Below, in pieces: positions 55,720 to 64,000 of a stretch of DNA of 64,000 bases (within the stretch, counting starts at the first letter, position 1; each line of letters opens with the position of its first letter). This DNA is from an uncultured Nitrospiraceae bacterium (lineage in GTDB: Bacteria; Nitrospirota; Nitrospiria; Nitrospirales; Nitrospiraceae): positions 2,656,001-2,720,000 of the forward strand of contig CAWJWJ010000002.1 of assembly GCA_963846575.1 (NCBI GenBank). The letters are read 5' to 3'. Below the pieces are notes generated by a model. It had not been told where the DNA came from, did not search any database, and was given only the letters and a program-made list of their open reading frames with translations. The position numbers were made by a program, and so were the translations under genes.

Positions 55720-56112
55720 TTAGAAAAATACCAAGCCAAGCGTAATGCCGAACGCCCGAACCCACACCGATCGTCAACAATGGCGAAGGGAACGGCTCTC
55801 TCATCTCAAACCACGCTGTCTCCCATCTGGTTTACGATTTCCGCTTGGAACTGGATGATGCCCTGAACAGCCGGGTCGTGCCGAAAGGGCCGAGCCTTGC
55901 TCCTGTGACAAACCGCTGGCGATGCAGGTTGGAGGATCATCCCGTCGTGTACGGCTCACTTAAGGGGATTATTCTTCGAGACGAGTATGGCGGCCGCGCG
56001 GTCCTGCTGCGCGACCGAGACACGTGGGAACCGGTCTGCGACCCACGGCACGCCAGGGATTGGGCAAGGGAACGCCGGTCTTCAAACTCTATGGTGAAAT
56101 GCTGCACGGCGA
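55720..56112 (+). pseudogene. ligD: LigD 3'-phosphoesterase domain relic
   Basis: LEKYQAKRN, NHAVSHLVYDFRLELDDALNSRVVPKGPSL, EDHPVVYGSLKGII..EYGG..RDRDTWEP; degenerate versions of LigD PE motifs. Confidence 0.8.
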
Positions 56113-56181
56113 TATGTGTTCGACTTACTGTCTCACCAGCGTGCCCTGATCCCCTGCAAACCTGCTGATTTCACCCCCCGA

Positions 56182-57327
56182 TCAAAACCGATAGACGGCG
56201 GCGAGCACCTGTTGACCGGGCATGTCCTTCTGATCAGTGCCGTATAAGATCCCGCCGTGCAGCAGCGTTTGCATAGCTGCGAGATCGATCAGCTCGTCAT
56301 CACCCGGTTGCTGTTCGGCATGCTCTTCCAGGCTCAGACTGTCAAAGTCGAATCGTCCGTACCGGCGCACTCCCGACGCAAGGAACAACGTCGCAATTCT
56401 TCCTTGATGGGCAGCCGTCAGGACGTCGAGGAGTGCATGGCCGGCTCGCCCCTTACCGAGGCCTTCATGATATTGCGTGGCGGCCATGGCTCGCGCTTCC
56501 AGAAAGGACGGCTCTGCAATAGGCCAGGCACGGTGATGCAGTTCCTTATCGGACAGCCCGTCAGGATTTCCTTGCACAATGGCCTCAAGAATATTGCGAT
56601 CGCCGGTGGCCTCTTTGAACAGGGGTGCTAGATGGTCCACGCAGGCCAGAACGATGGGCGCGCGATTCTGTGCGAGGATGTCCTTGAGACCTTCGCGAAC
56701 CCGGTGAAAATACCGAATCACATTCACGGCGTCGAGGTCCTCAGCGCCCGCGCCGTGTCCGTGGAAACGCGTCGAGGCGTTATGCCCGACCGGAAGCGAG
56801 TAGTGCTGATCTTGCGGCGACCCACCTTCCGGGAGCGCCGCTTCCATCCCTTGCGGGACACTCGCAAGGTCCACGGCCTGAACATGGTCACGGGAGCATT
56901 CCAATAGTCGAACGGCCTTTTGACTGAGCGCGAGCACGTAAAACCGAGATTCATTAATGAGTACGGGCAGGAGTGGTTTGACGTAGAAGCGGGTCGAGAC
57001 TTGAACAAACTCCTCGAGGGGTATAGGAAGCCGGTACACTCGAAAGACCTCACGGGAGCGAAAAATCGCGAGGCCATCTTCTTGGTGCCGCCAAAAGTCA
57101 GCGTCGTCCAAAAGAGCCGATATTGGTGCGAGCAGTTCGCGTGCCTCGGGAGCACGCATGCCCTCCTTGATGAGCTGATCCTCGGCCTGCTTTATAAGGT
57201 TCTTCAGCCTGATCGGGTCTTGCTGAATCTCGGCCCCGGCGCGGTGTGTGGGAAGAAACACAGAAACGGCCGGTTCATGGCCCGCCGTTACGATCGACTT
57301 CAGTTCTTCTTGAGACATGGTTAACAT
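56182..57327 (-). CDS. baeRF (bacterial archaeo-eukaryotic release factor family 3/7-like) protein
   Basis: VSVFLPTH, IRLKNL, GLAIF, FYVKPLL, FHGHG, GRIATLF, C-terminal AAVYRF. Confidence 0.85.
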   Translation of the reverse strand: MLTMSQEELKSIVTAGHEPAVSVFLPTHRAGAEIQQDPIRLKNLIKQAEDQLIKEGMRAPEARELLAPISALLDDADFWRHQEDGLAIFRSREVFRVYRLPIPLEEFVQVSTRFYVKPLLPVLINESRFYVLALSQKAVRLLECSRDHVQAVDLASVPQGMEAALPEGGSPQDQHYSLPVGHNASTRFHGHGAGAEDLDAVNVIRYFHRVREGLKDILAQNRAPIVLACVDHLAPLFKEATGDRNILEAIVQGNPDGLSDKELHHRAWPIAEPSFLEARAMAATQYHEGLGKGRAGHALLDVLTAAHQGRIATLFLASGVRRYGRFDFDSLSLEEHAEQQPGDDELIDLAAMQTLLHGGILYGTDQKDMPGQQVLAAVYRF

Positions 57328-57627
57328 AATTCCCCCCTGCATGTGCGTCGATATCTCCCTTGCCTCGCTTCTTCCTTCGATTCATCTGTAAGGGCGCACT
57401 ATACGGATCATCATAGGGTGATTTATGCCTTTCAGGATCTGGACATGTCCCTAGTCTCGGGACTCTCGATGTTTTCCGGCGCGCAAGCTACGGTCTCGTG
57501 CTGAAAACTTCGCATCGCGCTGTCTAGTGGAAGGGAGCGGAAGGGTGTGTTATCCGATATCGGATCCTCAGGAGCTCATGAAGGTTGGCTTGCCCTGCTG
57601 GTCCTAACGTACTCGAAGGATCAACGA

Positions 57628-58731
57628 TTAAAGGTTGAGAACGGGGGGGCGGCTGGCAGTTGTGGGAGCTACGGATCGTTGGTACATACGAAGAAGGATG
57701 TGAAAGGTCGCTTTCGTCATTGCTAGGATGATGGGGCCTACAAAGAGCCCAAGGAATCCCAGCCAGGCCAGCCCCCCGAGAGAGGCAAAGAAGACCAGAA
57801 TTACGGGAAGGTCGACTCCGGCCCCAACGAGAAAGGGATGAACGACATTGTCCATGAGTCCAACGATGACGATTCCCACGGCGAGCAGTGTCACCCCTTT
57901 CCATACTGCGCCTGTAAACAGCAAATACAACGTTACCGGTCCCCATATTAATGCGGTGCCTCCGACCGGTACGAGCGACGCCACCGCGCTGAGAGCTCCG
58001 AGTAGGAGTGCCAGCGGCAGGTCAAGCAGCCAGTAGGTGACACCCGACACGATGCCCTGACCGACCGCGGTGAGCAGGGTACCCCGAACAATCGCCACCA
58101 CGGCATTGTCTAGACTTTCCGAGATTTCTGTTTTCACCTTCGCCTCGACCGGCAGTGCCTCATTGACGGCCTTATACACACTAGGGCTGTCACGAAACAG
58201 AAAAAACAACGTGAAGAAGGTGATCAGGAAATGAGTGAGGCCTTCCGCGACCCCTTTCAGCACTTCTCCCATGGTGCCGGCCATAGACTTTCCGACCGTC
58301 GCTGCTTCCGGTGGGGGTTCGACCTGCCCCTGTGTCCCGATTACTTTGCTCAGAAATTCCTGCGACATCGAGCCCACAACCGGGATCTGTCCCACCCGCT
58401 CGGGCACCTTCGCTAACCCGCCGGACCCGATCCACTCTTTTCCGACTTCATACGCCTGCATGAGTTCGGTGGCTGCGACTGCACCGATATAGGAGAGAGG
58501 CAACACAAGAAGTACCATGGTTCCCACGGCCATCATCGTGGCCGAAATCGTTCGCCTTCCGTTGAGTTTATTTGCAAGCCTTTCATGAGGCCCATCAAAT
58601 ATCCTCCATAAGAGAAGGGCCCAGGCGATTGACGTCAGAAAGGGCCAGAAAATCCAAACCGAAAGACATCCCAGAAGGATGCCGAACATCACGAGCAAAA
58701 CGTTGGAAAGAGTCTGACGTGAGACGATCAT
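57628..58731 (-). CDS. AI-2E family transporter
   Basis: Multi-TM; LFFLFRD, PVGGTALIW, DNVVHP, GGLAWLGFLGLFVGP. Confidence 0.92.
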   Translation of the reverse strand: MIVSRQTLSNVLLVMFGILLGCLSVWIFWPFLTSIAWALLLWRIFDGPHERLANKLNGRRTISATMMAVGTMVLLVLPLSYIGAVAATELMQAYEVGKEWIGSGGLAKVPERVGQIPVVGSMSQEFLSKVIGTQGQVEPPPEAATVGKSMAGTMGEVLKGVAEGLTHFLITFFTLFFLFRDSPSVYKAVNEALPVEAKVKTEISESLDNAVVAIVRGTLLTAVGQGIVSGVTYWLLDLPLALLLGALSAVASLVPVGGTALIWGPVTLYLLFTGAVWKGVTLLAVGIVIVGLMDNVVHPFLVGAGVDLPVILVFFASLGGLAWLGFLGLFVGPIILAMTKATFHILLRMYQRSVAPTTASRPPVLNL

Positions 58732-59347
58732 TCGTGAATGGGCTTATTATTCCGGGCACGGCACTGCTGAGAGAACTCCGCCACTAGCTGGTTCATCATT
58801 TCCCCATGGATGAGGCGGCCATCGTGGCGCGTGTGCTCGTAAGACACCCTTTCTAACTGGGAGCCTTCTCCGGTGGCCTGTGCTTCGCGACTGCCGGGCA
58901 TTCTTCACTACAGCAGGTGCTTCCTTGAAGTCAGCGCGAACAGCCCGGATGACTACATTCGTTGTATCTATGAAAATTTCGACATCAGTTAAAGTACCGA
59001 AACGACAGACAGTTCGACTACTGGTGGTATCCCTTGCATAGTCCTTGATGAGGCCGACCTTACTTGCCTCGGCTTTGCCTGAAGGTTCTCGACCAGGCAA
59101 TCTATTTGCAGTTTTCGTTCTGCATTTGGCCTGCCCACAGACGTAGGTCGTGACCACCGCCCGATCGCACAACTTCCTCATAGATCTTCCACCGCAGTAA
59201 AGACTGCGCTCTCCTCGGCGGAGATCATGGTGACCGAGCACACTTTTTACCCACGAGTCGCTCACTGGAAGACGTTAAAACGAGACCTTCGAGCAGCACA
59301 TAGTTTGGACCATGAAGCTTTCCCACCGCCGGGCTACGTCCGACCAA

Positions 59348-59363
59348 TTAGAGGTTTGCCTAG
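59348..59363. promoter_or_regulatory. TAGG-N6-CCTAG-type box
   Basis: TTAGAGGTTTGCCTAG(TCCC), closely matching TTAGAGCAATGCCTAG(TCCC) at 46515. Confidence 0.5.
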
Positions 59364-59452
59364 TCCCGGCCCGCGTGCCGATAGCGTAAATTAAAACTTG
59401 TGAGTGCTAGGAAGAGGTTGCTTGTATATTTCACTAATGGGAGGAAGATTGT

Positions 59453-59740
59453 ATGAGAATGGAAAAATTTATAGCTGTCGCCTTATTTTCTGGCTTGATT
59501 GCGAGCCCCGCGTGGGCCTTGTTTGAGACGAACAAGGAATTGATCTCTACGGCCAAAATCACCATGGAAGAGGCGGTGCACGCCGCGACGAAGGCCGTTC
59601 CGGGTGGCAAAGCAGTGGAAGCGGAACTCGGCAAGGAAGATGGGCGGACAGTCTACGAGGTGGAAGTCATCGACGCCAATACGAAGACGCAGAAAGTCTA
59701 CGTCGATGCCCAGACCGGACAAGCCAAAATCGATAAGTAG
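59453..59740 (+). CDS. PepSY-domain exported protein
   Basis: GGAGG RBS, signal peptide ending AWA, ITMEEAV, VYEVEV, VDAQTG. Confidence 0.92.
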   Translation: MRMEKFIAVALFSGLIASPAWALFETNKELISTAKITMEEAVHAATKAVPGGKAVEAELGKEDGRTVYEVEVIDANTKTQKVYVDAQTGQAKIDK

Positions 59741-59748
59741 CTCTCGAC

Positions 59749-59772
59749 GTGCGGCCTCGCGGGAGGCCGCAC
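59749..59772 (+). terminator. Stem-loop after PepSY gene
   Basis: GTGCGGCCTC-GCGG-GAGGCCGCAC, perfect 10-bp stem. Confidence 0.6.
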
Positions 59773-60003
59773 AGGTTTCCCACCATTACAACGACCACAC
59801 AGCGATAACCTCGCGGGTCCTCAAATAGCCGCGCAGCTTCCCCCTAGGCTTCCATCGGGATGCATTATCAATCGATTGCGATTATGCGTCGACGATTGGT
59901 CAATGGTCTGAAAAAGGTATCTTGAAACGGGTGTCTGTCCGGCAGCAGAGGTGGCTAGAGCCAGGATATTATCGGTTCAGTTGGGCGATCTTCGCCATGC
60001 AGC

Positions 60004-60270
60004 TCATCCTCCGCCGAATCGTTTTGAGATGGCCCCTCGGCTGCACGCCGGTGCCATGACTGTAAGGCCGGCAAGCATGCTTGCGAGGCTCTGGTGATAC
60101 TCCAGATGAAGGGTGAGATCACGAGTCACAGACCGAGCCCACATTGACCCATCGCACAGTTCGCGCCGACTCCCGGATCGCGACCCTGACGAAGGTGGCG
60201 AACCGGGCCCCAACGACTTGATGATTGCGGCGGGGCGATTACTTGCGGTGGCACCGTGCTCCACATACGT
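60004..60270 (-). pseudogene. Relic of an SPW-repeat-type membrane protein
   Basis: Across frames: ATFVRVAIRESARTVRWVNVG, LVISPFI, RGAISKRFGGG*; downstream of the VKOR gene. Confidence 0.45.
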
Positions 60271-60300
60271 TATCCCTGCAAGTCCTTGAACGTTCTCTTC

Positions 60301-60858
60301 TCAGAGATGATCCCCATCTGAAGCGCCTCTCCAAAAGATCTGCCAGAGCGGCAGTTTCTTATCATGCGCCCGCTTGAGGAGTTGAAGGCTGGCCAGCACC
60401 TCATCCATGGCGGGGCCGATCATGATGATCGAGATGAGGGCGGACACGAGGCAGAGTGTGCACCATGCATGCAGCACCACGGGTTGCGCAATCACTAACA
60501 GCACACTCACCAGCCCCAAGGGTCCGACGGCCAGTCCAAACAAGATGACCATCCAGGGCATGCTTCGCCAGCGTTGAGTGCCGCCGATCGCCCCAGTGAT
60601 CGCATCGAGAGCATAGGCAAAGGCACCCAGTGCGGCGTCGGGGATGGGAAGTAGTCGAGAGAGTGCGGAATGCAAAACCGTCTCACTCCCCCGGTCAAAA
60701 AATGGTTCCCAGACATGGTCGAGAAGGCCCCATTGATACCATGCTAAATATCCGGAGATCGCGAACCCGAGCAGAGCCACGCCAATCAGCCACACCCGCT
60801 CCGACCACGTCGAAGGATTATAGCTCCACCCGGGTGGAAAGGAGGACGTGATACTCAT
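60301..60858 (-). CDS. Vitamin K epoxide reductase (VKOR)-family protein
   Basis: PPGWSYNPS, PIPDAALG, AWCTLCL; AAAGGA-like context and start overlapping the upstream stop. Confidence 0.88.
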   Translation of the reverse strand: MSITSSFPPGWSYNPSTWSERVWLIGVALLGFAISGYLAWYQWGLLDHVWEPFFDRGSETVLHSALSRLLPIPDAALGAFAYALDAITGAIGGTQRWRSMPWMVILFGLAVGPLGLVSVLLVIAQPVVLHAWCTLCLVSALISIIMIGPAMDEVLASLQLLKRAHDKKLPLWQIFWRGASDGDHL

Positions 60859-61946
60859 TACGTCTCTTGCTGCGAGAGTTCAGGCGAGGGACTGAGTTTG
60901 TGGGCGCGATACCAGGCCAGGGGATCTTGCTTGAGTGCGCAGATCATTTTGGGAATGGTATCCCGCAACGTGCGTCGGGGTTGCCACTCTAACCAGGCTT
61001 TGGCTCGAGCGATGTCTAACGCATAGTGGTCATCGGCAAAATCGATCATCCATGCTTTGATGAAGGGATCCTCGATGAAGGGCATGGCGTCCTGCATCCA
61101 GGCACCCGTTTTCGCCAGAGCTTTTGGAATCTGCACGGTTTCCCACTCTTCATCGTGCAAGAGCCTCCCGAACCGATGCTGAAGTTCATCGTAGCTGACA
61201 GGCTCAGGCTCACCGATGAGCATGACGGCATCAGATGCCAGTGTCCGACGGCGGTCGACCGTGCGCTCGATGGCATCGACCAAGTCCTCTACATGAACAA
61301 AGGACTGGCCGTGCGAAATATGACCGGGAAACAGTTTGCTGGTGACGTGCCGTTCATGGATCCGCTCAATCTGATTCGCGAGCGGAATGGAATGACAGAA
61401 ATCGTCATAGACGCCTGCAATCCGCAAACTGACCGTGGGAATGGTTCCCCGCTCCTCGTCAATCAGCCGTTCGGTCTCGACTTTCGATTGAGGATAGGGC
61501 CAGCGAGGATCGAGGGGCCACTCTTCGTGAATAACCTGACCCGGCTCACACGGCGCGTGGACCAGCATGGTGCTCGAGAACACAAACTGCTCAACGTCGA
61601 ACTTCGATTCATGAAGTGCTCGCAAGAGGCGCCTCGTGCCTTCCACAGTCACTTCTTGATACTTTGAGCTCGCTTCGCCTGAAAAATCAAAATAGGCGGC
61701 GAGGTGGATGACCGACGCGACCCGTCCACGGTATCTCTCAGCGACGGTTCGCAGTCCGCTTCTGACACTTTCGGTGGAAGTGAGGTCAACCGGAATGTTG
61801 TAGGCGGAAGGTGGCGGATGCGGAGCGCCGGGGCGATCTAATCCAACAACCGTGTAGGACGTGGCGAGACGATTGGCCGTGTGGGACCCGATGAGACCAC
61901 TGGCTCCGGTTAGCAATACGAGAGGCTTGCTAGTTTGAGAATTCAT
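60858..61946 (-). CDS. NAD-dependent epimerase/dehydratase
   Basis: TGASGLIG, HLAAY, FSST, YPQSK, FVHVEDLVDA. Confidence 0.93.
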   Translation of the reverse strand: MNSQTSKPLVLLTGASGLIGSHTANRLATSYTVVGLDRPGAPHPPPSAYNIPVDLTSTESVRSGLRTVAERYRGRVASVIHLAAYFDFSGEASSKYQEVTVEGTRRLLRALHESKFDVEQFVFSSTMLVHAPCEPGQVIHEEWPLDPRWPYPQSKVETERLIDEERGTIPTVSLRIAGVYDDFCHSIPLANQIERIHERHVTSKLFPGHISHGQSFVHVEDLVDAIERTVDRRRTLASDAVMLIGEPEPVSYDELQHRFGRLLHDEEWETVQIPKALAKTGAWMQDAMPFIEDPFIKAWMIDFADDHYALDIARAKAWLEWQPRRTLRDTIPKMICALKQDPLAWYRAHKLSPSPELSQQET

Positions 61947-62795
61947 TGCTCGAGTTGGGCCGCTCTAAGGCATGTCGGTAAATAAAAGGTGCCCCTCTTT
62001 CGGAATCGGGCGGTTTTCTTTAGAAGTTGTGCCAGTCGGTCGTACTTCCTTTTCAACATCGTTATTTTCTTCAGAATCGATTTAAATTTACTCCGGTCCT
62101 GGAACCCTGAGTACTGGAACAATCCCCAGCTCATAGAGATGCCAGCCCTCGACCTTACTCTCACGACCACTCAAGACATGGAGAGGAATTCACAGCACGA
62201 TTTCTCACGCCGCCGGATGAAAGTCTGTTCGTTCTTAAATGGCAACTGGAAGACAGGAGTCTGGTCCGCGAACGGGGGAGTCGATGATTCCGAGGTCGCC
62301 GTGTAGGTTCAAATGATTAGGGAAGGCTTGCTCCTGTTGCGGTGGGAGAGTCAGCTATCAGGTCTCTTAAGAAAGGTATCGCGGGGGGAAGGGGACGTTG
62401 GGATGAAAGCGACTGGTCCCTTGGTCACCGGAAACGAGCAAAGCGCCGCTTTGACGATCGAGTTGAATTCCCTCTCCAGACGGCCGGCGTTCCCCTCTGT
62501 CCGAACCTTGCGCGGGTGGCAGAACCTGGCATTGGCTCGACTCCTTTCAACTCCCGTCTGAGGCTGGTGACGAAGATAATCCCGCCGATGATGATAACGA
62601 GAAAACAGCTGTATACCGTGATGGATTGTACGGTGAGGGGGAAAAGTGAAGGAATGTTGTTGAGCAATGCCATGAAGTCCGGCATGCCGTCAGGAAATCA
62701 TACAGAAGAAGTGAAGTCAAGTAAGGGTGCCGGGGCCTTCTCATTGAGCGACAATACGACTGATTCTTCAAGCATGTCACGAGCGTAAAAGTGCC

Positions 62796-63143
62796 TTGCT
62801 TGAGGCGCTGACCGAGCTCGACGACCGCCAGGAGCCCGACCAAACCGATTACGCTGAATTGGGAAAAGACCTTCGAGCGCACTTCCGAACCTCATGGCAG
62901 ACCATCATGACGCGACAGATCAGCCCTACCCGTCAGATCCTCAGCAAGCTCTTCAACGGCAATCGCATTCCGCTGACGCCAGTAGAGGGGCCATTTAGGT
63001 ACCTATTATGAGTTTGAAGGGATGGCCTCGATCGGCCGGCTGCTGACTGGTCGTACAAAGGCTGTGGTGTCCCCAACGGTACCCGTCAAACCACGGAGCA
63101 ATCACTCAGTTTTTACATTGACCTGCTGGTCGAGGCAGCGTGA
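62796..63143 (+). mobile_element. Relic of site-specific (probably large serine) recombinase C-terminus with tRNA-3'-end-like att core
   Basis: TRQILSKLFNGNRIPLTP, YYEFEGMASIGRLLTGRTKAVVSPT, IDLLVEAA*; TGGTGTCCCCAACGG at 63065-63079; homologous to 32990-33220. Confidence 0.6.
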
Positions 63144-63327
63144 ACCAGCAAGCCTTGCCCACATGCACCAGTAGCACTCTCCTTTCAGTGCCAACCGTCT
63201 CAGATTCTCTCTTCACATGGACGGCACCACCAGGTAGGATGACCCGAGGGGCCTATAAAAACATGAGACTCGGATAGTCCGAGAGGGCTCTTACGCCCCT
63301 CTCGGGAGCTGGCCCAAAGGAGGCTTT

Positions 63328-63576
63328 ATGATCGGTTGGATATTGTTTGGTCTGGTCGTCGGAATCGTCGCGAAATTGGTCATGCCTGGGAAGGACCCAG
63401 GGGGCTTCATTATTACCATCCTCTTGGGCATCGGTGGTGCATTGATAGGAGGCTATCTCGGCCGTTCGCTCGGCTGGTACGGGGAAAACGATCCGGTGGG
63501 CTTTATGATGGCAGTAGGCGGAGCCGTGCTTTTGTTGATTGGGTACAGGTACCTGCTCGCCCCCAAAGCAGCCTAA
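63328..63576 (+). CDS. GlsB/YeaQ/YmgE-family stress response membrane protein
   Basis: AAGGAGG RBS; WILFGLVVGIVAKLVMPG, LGIGGALIGG, AVGGAVLLL. Confidence 0.95.
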   Translation: MIGWILFGLVVGIVAKLVMPGKDPGGFIITILLGIGGALIGGYLGRSLGWYGENDPVGFMMAVGGAVLLLIGYRYLLAPKAA

Positions 63577-63731
63577 TCGGACTGCCTCTTCACACCATAC
63601 ATTTAGCGTAGAGGAACACTGATACTCTGACGGGACCTTGAAAGGGCAGCTGAAAGTGACGGGCGACATCCGTTGCTCTCCGCCGATCGGCCACTCGCTA
63701 CTTGCCACTGTATCTGACTAGGGAGACAATC

Positions 63732-64000
63732 ATGTCAAAAAATGTCAAGACGGTGTCTACCCGTGATTACGAAGAAGTCGTTTCCACTGTCACAAAATAT
63801 GTCGAGGGGCTACGCATCGGCAGTGTCGAAAATGTCGCAGAGGCGTTCCATAAGGACGCTGTGATGTACGGCTTTACCGAAGGAAAGCTGCTGGGCGGCC
63901 CGATAACGAACCTCTACGACTTCGTCCAGAAGAACGGCACCGCGCCCGACATCAAGACGCGGCTGGACGTGCTCGCGATCACGCCAACAACCGCAGTGGT
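63732..64000 (+). CDS. NTF2/lumazine-binding-like protein (partial, runs off window)
   Basis: GGGAG RBS; MSKNVK..YVEGLRIG..AFHKDAVMYG..GGPITNLYDFV, open to the end. Confidence 0.85.
   Translation, partial: MSKNVKTVSTRDYEEVVSTVTKYVEGLRIGSVENVAEAFHKDAVMYGFTEGKLLGGPITNLYDFVQKNGTAPDIKTRLDVLAITPTTAV

Noticed and set aside
58747..59265. 172-aa minus-strand ORF
   Set aside because: No RBS, motif or protein-like composition; may be decayed DNA that I cannot assign.
63171..63194. CIRCE-like inverted repeat GTAGCACTC-N6-CAGTGCCAA
   Set aside because: Spacer is 6 rather than 9 nt, with mismatches, and it is not upstream of a chaperone gene.

Overview
GC-rich bacterial accessory region. The gene families and small hypothetical proteins look like Nitrospira; this is inferred from protein style only, with no marker gene in the window. 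Positions 1-12 kb hold a minus-strand type I secretion locus: a small hypothetical gene, hlyB, hlyD, an exported protein, and a >2100-aa RTX protein with an N-terminal GHSLG lipase domain that runs off the window edge. Positions 12-64 kb are a dense general-stress island: cydAB, lipocalin, bacterioferritin, katG, two Hsp20, two hemerythrins, Crp/Fnr, CBS, DUF6496-like, two GH13 enzymes, a baeRF protein, AI-2E, YihY, PepSY, VKOR plus epimerase, and GlsB/YeaQ. Decayed relics lie between these genes: a molybdopterin oxidoreductase, a furA-like gene, a ferritin-like gene, a lipoprotein, rtcB, ligD, an SPW-type protein, and two copies of a recombinase C-terminus, one carrying a tRNA-3'-end-like att core. 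Intergenic DNA repeatedly carries a TAGG-N6-CCTAG palindrome, and there are two sigma54-type promoters with candidate enhancers and a 20-bp element shared by both hsp20 genes. Two stretches (about 5960-6920 and katG) have clustered single-base indels that look like consensus errors. I saw no rRNA, complete tRNA, CRISPR array or intact transposase.
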